Shown: in pieces, positions 57,394 through 64,000 of the stretch
How the letters are laid out: every line of letters begins with the position of its first letter
Position numbering within the stretch: position 1 is the first letter of the stretch
NCBI GenBank assembly: GCA_001874325.1
Contig: MPCW01000011.1
Coordinates: 32,519-96,518, forward strand
Length of the DNA: 64,000 nucleotides
Source: Flavobacterium sp. MedPE-SWcel
GTDB lineage: Bacteria; Bacteroidota; Bacteroidia; Flavobacteriales; Flavobacteriaceae
Direction of reading: 5' to 3'
Program-made: the position numbers and the translations under genes
The notes under the pieces: model-generated
What the model was told of the DNA's origin: nothing
Seen by the model: the letters and a program-made list of their open reading frames with translations, nothing else
Database searches by the model: none

Positions 57394-58508
57394 AATTACT
57401 CTATATAATAACTAATATTAGTGGTGCAGGGGGGCTAGAGAGAATACTTTTACTTAAAGCAGATTACCTGATAACTCATTATGGTTATAATATAGATATA
57501 TTGATAACTAACCCTGTGGATTTACCGATTTATTATAAAGTTAACGAGCAAATTAATCTTCATTTTATAAAACCAGTAAATGAGACAATTTTAGGATATT
57601 TTAGATCTTATAGTAGCCTCATTAATAAATCTATAATGGAGATTAATCCGGATATCGTTGTGATGTGTGATAATGGATTAAAAAGTTTTCTACTACCTTT
57701 TATTATAAAAAAGAGAAAGCCGTTAATTTATGAACGACATATTACAAAATATAAAAAAGAAAAATTTGAAAAGTCCAGTTTTTTAAACACTATTAAAGAT
57801 AGAGTAAAATCTATTTATATGGATTTTTGCGCTGCACGTTATGATAAATTTATAACTGTTATTCCTGAAGGTGCTGCTGAATGGAAGGGTAATAATATAG
57901 AAGTAATACCAAATCCTTTATGGCTTGTTATAGATAAATCATCAGAATTAAAGAATAAAAGAATAATCTCTATAGGACGTCATGCCTATGAAAAAGGATA
58001 TGATAGGCTTTTTGAGGTGTGGAAGCAAGTTTTGTCTAAATACCCTGATTGGCAACTTGATATTTATGGAGATAAAAATAATGACTATGATATTGAGAAA
58101 ATAGCAATTGAAAGTGGTCTAACTAAAGGAGTGAATTTTTATGAGCCAGTTTTAGATATTGAATCGGTTTATCTTGACGCTTCAATTTACTTAATGACTT
58201 CTCGTTATGAAGGGTTTGGAATGGTGTTGTTAGAGGCTATGGCCTGTGGTGTCCCTTGTGTTGCGTTTGATTGTCCAGTGGGGCCTAAAAATATAATATC
58301 AGATGCTGAAGACGGGTTTTTGATACCAGATGATAATATGGATTTATTTATTTCGAGGGTAGAGGAATTAATAAAAAATGAAGAGCTTCGAGTTAATATG
58401 GGAAGGAATTCAAAAGTCAATGTGAAAAAGTTCACTTTGGAGCCTATCATGAAGAGGTGGGATGATCTCTTTAAAAGCCTTATTGAAAATCATAAAGAAC
58501 ATAGGTAA
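57390..58508 (+). CDS. Glycosyltransferase family 4
   Basis: GGLER, GR...KGYD, SRYEGFGMVLLEAMACG. Confidence 0.92.
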   Translation: MKLLYIITNISGAGGLERILLLKADYLITHYGYNIDILITNPVDLPIYYKVNEQINLHFIKPVNETILGYFRSYSSLINKSIMEINPDIVVMCDNGLKSFLLPFIIKKRKPLIYERHITKYKKEKFEKSSFLNTIKDRVKSIYMDFCAARYDKFITVIPEGAAEWKGNNIEVIPNPLWLVIDKSSELKNKRIISIGRHAYEKGYDRLFEVWKQVLSKYPDWQLDIYGDKNNDYDIEKIAIESGLTKGVNFYEPVLDIESVYLDASIYLMTSRYEGFGMVLLEAMACGVPCVAFDCPVGPKNIISDAEDGFLIPDDNMDLFISRVEELIKNEELRVNMGRNSKVNVKKFTLEPIMKRWDDLFKSLIENHKEHR

Positions 58509-59374
58509 CCTAATCGATATAAATCGAAAAAGAATAGTGAGGGTTTTGAACTTAAGAAGTTCTTTTTGAACTTTTGTTGAGTTATTTTATGAAAGAAAAC
58601 GAAAAGAGGTTTTAAGCCCCATTTTTGGAAATTGTAATGCATTTTTGAAATTCTTATATAGTCGTGTGATAATAATTGATTGTCGATTAAATATTTTAAA
58701 CCTACAATAGCTTCTTCGGATTTTTGAATGAATATCAAACTGGTATCTAAGCCTAAATGATATACTTTATTTTCTATATGCTCAATTGGAATGTTTTCTT
58801 TTTTAAGATCATGAGAAAACAAGGTGTCTTCATGTCTTAAATTAGGTATAGTTTCGTTGAATTGAACTTTTGTGAAAACAGATTTTTTTACAGCAAAATT
58901 TAGAGTTAAGAGGCTAAGATAAGGTTGTTTTTTACGATCTTCAGCAGTTAATGCCTCACGATCGTTACCATATATCCACCGCAATATTTTGTCTTCATCA
59001 GGTCTTTTTTCTTGATAACTGATACCACCAGAAATAACTTTTTCTTGACCTGTAAGGTGTGGGAGATAGTTAGATAATAAATTATCGTTTTTAGGTAAAG
59101 TATCTGCGTCTAAAAAAAGTAACCAATCAAATGCTGCTTTTTTGGCTAAAAGGTTACGTATGGAGCTACGACCAATGTTTTTAGGAAGTATTTTGTATCG
59201 ACTATTTATTAAGTCGTTTATTTTTTGATTTTCGTGTTGTGGTATTGGATCTGCAGAGGCATCGTCAAAAACGATTATTTCATATACTATACTTAAATTT
59301 TCAGCCTGTTTTTGTAATTGTGTTACTAGTGGTAAAACATTGTAATTGTATGTAGGTATAAGAATAGAAAGCAT
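58490..59374 (-). CDS. Glycosyltransferase family 2
   Basis: LSILIPTYN, DDAS, GRS.IRN, FLDAD, HED. Confidence 0.9.
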   Translation of the reverse strand: MLSILIPTYNYNVLPLVTQLQKQAENLSIVYEIIVFDDASADPIPQHENQKINDLINSRYKILPKNIGRSSIRNLLAKKAAFDWLLFLDADTLPKNDNLLSNYLPHLTGQEKVISGGISYQEKRPDEDKILRWIYGNDREALTAEDRKKQPYLSLLTLNFAVKKSVFTKVQFNETIPNLRHEDTLFSHDLKKENIPIEHIENKVYHLGLDTSLIFIQKSEEAIVGLKYLIDNQLLSHDYIRISKMHYNFQKWGLKPLFVFFHKITQQKFKKNFLSSKPSLFFFDLYRLGYLCSL

Positions 59375-59391
59375 AATTTGTTTAGATGTAT

Positions 59392-60075
59392 TTACACTGT
59401 TCGTTGTACAACTTCAAACAGAGTACCACCATCACATTTTAATGTTTTTGCAGGAAACTTCATTAACAAGGCATAATCATGTGTTGCCATAATAATGGTT
59501 TTACCATTGTTGTTAATTTCTTTCAATAACTGCATTACCTCTACACTTGTTTGTGGATCTAAATTACCCGTAGGTTCATCAGCAAGTATAAGTTCAGGAT
59601 CATTTAGCAGTGCACGTGCTATGGCTATTCTTTGCTGCTCACCACCAGATATTTGATGAGGCATTTTGTGTACAGCATTTTTCATACCTACTTTGTCTAA
59701 TACTTCGTGTATTTTCGACTCCATTTCACGTTTGCCACTCCATCCTGTTGCTTTAAGCACAAAAAGAAGATTGTCGTATACATTTCTGTCAGGTAAAAGT
59801 TTAAAGTCTTGAAAAACGATTCCTATTTTCCTACGAAGATGAGGTATATGTTTGTCTTTTAATTTGGCAAGATCATAGTCTACAAAAGTACCTTTACCTT
59901 CTTGCAGAGAAAGATCTCCATAAAGTGTTTTCATAAAACTACTTTTTCCTGTACCAGTTTTACCAATAATGTATATAAACTCTCCGTTGTTTACTTCTAA
60001 GTTCACATTAGTAAGTACTGCATTATTGCCTTGATAAACAACAACATCTTGTAATGATAGTACAGGTTGAGACAT
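59392..60075 (-). CDS. ftsE: FtsE-like ABC ATP-binding protein
   Basis: GKTGTGKS, RRKIGIVFQDFKLL, SGGEQQR, ADEPTGNLDP, ATH. Confidence 0.85.
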   Translation of the reverse strand: MSQPVLSLQDVVVYQGNNAVLTNVNLEVNNGEFIYIIGKTGTGKSSFMKTLYGDLSLQEGKGTFVDYDLAKLKDKHIPHLRRKIGIVFQDFKLLPDRNVYDNLLFVLKATGWSGKREMESKIHEVLDKVGMKNAVHKMPHQISGGEQQRIAIARALLNDPELILADEPTGNLDPQTSVEVMQLLKEINNNGKTIIMATHDYALLMKFPAKTLKCDGGTLFEVVQRTV

Positions 60076-60210
60076 AGTTAAATATAATTTATTTGGGTAA
60101 AAGTAGTAAGATAACGCTTGTATTCAAAATTTTATTTTAATGGATAGAGTATAAGAATTGTATTGTTACTAATATTTATTAATGCTATACTAAAACCCAG
60201 AAAAGATCCG

Positions 60211-60239
60211 TTGAATACAAATAAGAATTAATATATTTG
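60211..60239 (+). promoter_or_regulatory. sigma70 promoter of the TPR-receptor operon
   Basis: TTG (60211-60213), 18-nt spacer, TATATTTG (60232-60239). Confidence 0.65.
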
Positions 60240-60253
60240 GCTATTCTAATAAA

Positions 60254-63200
60254 ATGAGAAATATGCGCAGACTAAAAAGGCTATTACTAGTTGCGGTACC
60301 ACTGTGTGCTTTAAGTGTTTCGGCACAGCAATCTACTATTTATACCCATGAATTAAAAGATTTTGATAAAGGAGTAGATCTTTATAATGCGAAGCAATAT
60401 CAAGCAGCACAAATACTTTTTGAAAAGACTAAGAAAGAGAATAAAGACATGGAGGTGCAGGCTGACTGTGCTTATTATGTAGCTAATTGTGCTATAAGAC
60501 TTAATCAGATGGGGGCAGATATGCTCATGGAAGATTTCGTAGAGGATTACCCTACCAGTACTAAACAAAATGAGGCTTATATAGAAGTGGCTAATTATTA
60601 CTTTGGTCAGGGTAAATATTCTCAAGGGTTAAAGTGGTATGATAAGGTAGACGAAGGTAGTATGAGTAATAGCGACAGAGAGCGCTATAACTTCCAGAAA
60701 GGATATAGTTATTTTAATGCGGGAGATAAAAAACAGGCTAATAAATATTTGAATAAAGTAATCAATTCTAAAGAGTATGGTTCTCAAGCTAAATATTATC
60801 TTGGTTTTATTGCTTATGAGAATGATAACTATAAAGATGCCAAGGATTATTTTGGACAAGTAGAAGATCAGGATAAGTACAAAGAGAAAATGTCATATTT
60901 TCAGGCTGATATGAATTTTAAGTTAGGTAATTTTCAAAAAGCTATAGATCTTGGTATTCCACAATTATCAAAATCAAGTGCCAGAGAAAAATCAGAGCTT
61001 AATAAAATAATTGGAGAGAGTTATTTCAACTTAAAGCAATATGATAAAGCAATATCTTACCTGAAAGAGTATAGAGGTAGAAAAGGAAAATGGAATAATA
61101 CCGATTTTTATCAATTAGGATATGCTTATTATAAACAAGGCGATTATAAAAATGCTATTGCTGAATTTAATAAGATAATAGGGGGTAACGATAGTGTAGC
61201 TCAAAATGCGTATTACCACTTAGGAGAAAGTTATTTAAAAACAGGTAAAAAACAGCAGGCATTAAATGCCTTTAAGAATGCATCAGAAATGAATTTTGAT
61301 GCTAAGATACAAGAGGATGCTTATTTAAATTATGCGAAATTAAGCTATGAAATAGGTAACCCTTACCAGAGTGTGCCAGAAGTGTTAAATACTTTTTTAA
61401 CGAAATACCCTGAGACACCGTTTAAACAAGAGGTGCAAACATTGCTGATTAATTCTTATATAACATCTAAGAACTATAAAGAAGCATTAACGTTGTTAGA
61501 AAAGAATAGAGCACCAGAAAACAGACTTGCTTATCAAAAAGTAGCTTTTTATAGAGGTATGGAGCTGTATACTGATGGTGATTATAAAGAAGCATTATCG
61601 TTATTTAAAAAATCGATTACAGAACAACGTGATGCTCGATTTACAGCGCGTGCTACTTTTTGGAAAGCAGAAACAGAGTATGTGTTAAATCAGTTTAACG
61701 AAGCTTTGATTAGTTTTAAACAATTTACTCAATTTTCAGAAGCTGCATCTACACCAGAAAATAAGAATATAAACTATAATCTAGCTTATACTTATTTTAA
61801 ATTAAAGGAATATGAGAAGGCCGCACAGTATTTTAAAACTTATGTAGACGCAACTAAAGATGATAAAATAAGGTTAAACGATGCTTATTTACGCTTAGGA
61901 GATAGTCAGTTTGTGTCAGCTAAATATTGGCCAGCAATGGATGCTTATAATAAAGCTATAAGCATGAACGGTATTGATGCAGATTATGCATTATATCAAA
62001 AAGCAATTAGTTATGGTTTTGTAGCACGAAATGGTAAGAAAATAGAAGACCTTAAAAGATTTGTTAGTAAACACCCTGAATCTAAGTATGTAGATGATGC
62101 TCTGTATGAGTTAGGAAATACATATGTTACAGAAAATAATACAACAAAGGCATTACAAACGTATGATCAGTTAGTTAATAATCATAAAAACAGTTTGTAT
62201 GTTTCTAAAGCAATAATGCGACAAGCACTTATATATTACAATGCGCAGGATGATAATAAAGCATTAAATAAGTTTAAAAAAGTAGTAGCCGATTTCCCTA
62301 ACACACCTGAGGCTATGGAAGCAGTATCTACAGCAAGACTTATTTATGTAGATAGTGGTAGAACAGATGAGTATGCAACGTGGGTTAAAACATTGAGTTT
62401 TGTAGATGTTAGTGATGCGGATCTTGATAATACAGCTTTTGAAGCTGCTGAGAAGCAATACTTGCAAAACAAAATTAAGCAAGCTATATCGTCGTTAAAC
62501 GGTTATATTGCTAAATTTCCTAACGGAATATCATCATTAAAAGCACATTTCTATTTAGCACAGGCTTATTTTGCTGATGAGTTGGAAAATAATTCAGTAC
62601 CACATTATGAGTTTGTAATCTCAAAGTCACGTAATGAATTTACTGAACAAGCGTTAGCAAGATTATCTCAAATTCACCTTAAGAATAACGATTATACAAA
62701 AGCGATACCTGTATTAGAACGATTAGAGGTAGAGGCAGAATATCCGCAAAATGTAACTTTTGCACAATCGAATCTTATGAAGAGTCATTATGATCAGGAA
62801 GACTATGCAAATGCAGTGGTTTATGCAGATAAAGTAATGGCGAATGATAAAACAGAAGATAGGGTAAAAAGTGATGCTCAAATTATAATAGCACGTTCGG
62901 CAATAAAAACAAATGACGAAGAAAAAGCGAAAGTAGCTTATGCTAAGTTATTAAGTATTGCTAAAGGAGAACTTGCTGCTGAAGCATTGTATTATGATGC
63001 TTATTTTAAAAACAAGGAGAGCAAGTATGAAGAATCTAATGCTTCGATACAAACACTTTCTAAAGATTATTCGGGGTATAAATATTTTGGAGCTAAGGGA
63101 CTTGTTGTAATGGCTAAAAATTTCTATGGTTTAAACGATAGTTTTCAAGCTACTTATATATTGGAAAGTATAATTAAAAACTTTACCGATTATCCTGATG

Positions 63201-63277
63201 TGATAGAGGAAGCTCAGAAAGAATTAGATACTATTAAAGCTGAAGAAGCAAAACGAAACTCATCTATCCAAGATTAA
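60254..63277 (+). CDS. Large secreted TPR-repeat protein
   Basis: Signal peptide; TPR motifs along the whole length (AYYHLGESY, ALYELG, YYLG). Confidence 0.9.
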   Translation: MRNMRRLKRLLLVAVPLCALSVSAQQSTIYTHELKDFDKGVDLYNAKQYQAAQILFEKTKKENKDMEVQADCAYYVANCAIRLNQMGADMLMEDFVEDYPTSTKQNEAYIEVANYYFGQGKYSQGLKWYDKVDEGSMSNSDRERYNFQKGYSYFNAGDKKQANKYLNKVINSKEYGSQAKYYLGFIAYENDNYKDAKDYFGQVEDQDKYKEKMSYFQADMNFKLGNFQKAIDLGIPQLSKSSAREKSELNKIIGESYFNLKQYDKAISYLKEYRGRKGKWNNTDFYQLGYAYYKQGDYKNAIAEFNKIIGGNDSVAQNAYYHLGESYLKTGKKQQALNAFKNASEMNFDAKIQEDAYLNYAKLSYEIGNPYQSVPEVLNTFLTKYPETPFKQEVQTLLINSYITSKNYKEALTLLEKNRAPENRLAYQKVAFYRGMELYTDGDYKEALSLFKKSITEQRDARFTARATFWKAETEYVLNQFNEALISFKQFTQFSEAASTPENKNINYNLAYTYFKLKEYEKAAQYFKTYVDATKDDKIRLNDAYLRLGDSQFVSAKYWPAMDAYNKAISMNGIDADYALYQKAISYGFVARNGKKIEDLKRFVSKHPESKYVDDALYELGNTYVTENNTTKALQTYDQLVNNHKNSLYVSKAIMRQALIYYNAQDDNKALNKFKKVVADFPNTPEAMEAVSTARLIYVDSGRTDEYATWVKTLSFVDVSDADLDNTAFEAAEKQYLQNKIKQAISSLNGYIAKFPNGISSLKAHFYLAQAYFADELENNSVPHYEFVISKSRNEFTEQALARLSQIHLKNNDYTKAIPVLERLEVEAEYPQNVTFAQSNLMKSHYDQEDYANAVVYADKVMANDKTEDRVKSDAQIIIARSAIKTNDEEKAKVAYAKLLSIAKGELAAEALYYDAYFKNKESKYEESNASIQTLSKDYSGYKYFGAKGLVVMAKNFYGLNDSFQATYILESIIKNFTDYPDVIEEAQKELDTIKAEEAKRNSSIQD

Positions 63278-63300
63278 TTTAAGCGATTTAACTGTAGACT

Positions 63301-64000
63301 ATGAAGATTAAATTTGAATATAAAATAGCCGTAATTGTTGCATTAGGTACTTTTCAGGCGTCTTTTGCACAAAAAGAAGACGAGAATATAGGTTCTGAAG
63401 TGGTGAATGTGGTGAAGCCATATACACCTACTGTTTCTGATGCTTTTAAGGTAAAAGAAACACCTGTTATAGAGGATGATGAGAATACTCAAAAAGAAGA
63501 AATAGAATATAATATTTTTTCTTTTCCAGTAGCATCAACTTTTACTCCATCTAAAGGTAGAGCAGCGGGGGTAGAACGTCCTAAGCGTGAGAAGTTGTTT
63601 AATAACTATGCAACTTTAGGGGCGGGTAATTATGGAACTATTAATGCGGAATTATTTGTTACCGAAAATTTAAACCGTAACGAGTATGTAGGCGGTATGC
63701 TACGTCATTTATCTTCGCAAGGAGGTATAAGTGATGTAAAGCTTGACGATAAGTATTATAATACAGGTATAGATCTTATTTACGGAAATAAGCAAAAGCA
63801 GTATAATTGGAGTGCTGATTTAGGTTATCAAAATCAAGTATATAATTGGTATGGTTTACCAGTTGATTATACAACGTTTACAGATGAGGTTGTAAATAGT
63901 ATAGATCCGCAACAAACATATCATACATTAAAGTTAGGTGGTGATATTGCTTTAAAAGATGGCTTCTTTACAGATGCTTCGTTACAATATAAGCGATTCT
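63301..64000 (+). CDS. Outer-membrane beta-barrel / TonB-dependent receptor-like protein (3' truncated)
   Basis: Not in the ORF track. ATG 63301: MKIKFEYKIAVIVALGTFQASFAQKEDENIGSEVVNVVKPYTPTVSDAFK...; appears open to the window end. Confidence 0.8.
   Translation, partial: MKIKFEYKIAVIVALGTFQASFAQKEDENIGSEVVNVVKPYTPTVSDAFKVKETPVIEDDENTQKEEIEYNIFSFPVASTFTPSKGRAAGVERPKREKLFNNYATLGAGNYGTINAELFVTENLNRNEYVGGMLRHLSSQGGISDVKLDDKYYNTGIDLIYGNKQKQYNWSADLGYQNQVYNWYGLPVDYTTFTDEVVNSIDPQQTYHTLKLGGDIALKDGFFTDASLQYKRF

Noticed and set aside
5212-62482. Many short antisense or overlapping ORFs in the track (e.g. 5883-6152, 8281-9204, 26092-27255, 36669-37157, 54560-54928)
   Set aside because: They lie opposite or within well-supported genes and show the Ser/Ile/Phe-rich composition of reverse-frame shadows.

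Overview
AT-rich bacterial chromosomal window, most likely from a Flavobacterium or other Flavobacteriaceae. This is supported by TAnnTTTG promoters, a T9SS type-B cargo protein, and Flavobacterium-like gene order (relA-fur-purA, def-DUF5606-mazG, dapD-LPS genes-tsaC-cca-ctaA). Most of it is housekeeping and envelope DNA: two glycan/LPS loci, a MoxR-DUF58-DUF4350-DUF4129-SpoIIM/RDD locus, TPR proteins, and partial TonB-dependent receptors at both edges. The most unusual part is 318-2880, a nested, recombinase-free array of five small minus-strand orphan genes behind one promoter. It is bounded by a 98-bp duplication of the 3' end of its first gene. It also holds two 40-bp GTAG-type palindromic repeats around an inner two-gene cassette and two tandem ~116-bp units that begin with a tRNA-3'-end-like motif. 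Immediately divergent is an uncharacterised signalling operon: secreted TPR-like protein, LytS-type kinase fused to a 2TM domain, three free 2TM proteins and a LytTR regulator, with a 21-bp-period direct repeat in the shared promoter region. No rRNA, complete tRNA, CRISPR array, integrase or transposase was found. All family assignments come from motif recognition, not database searches.
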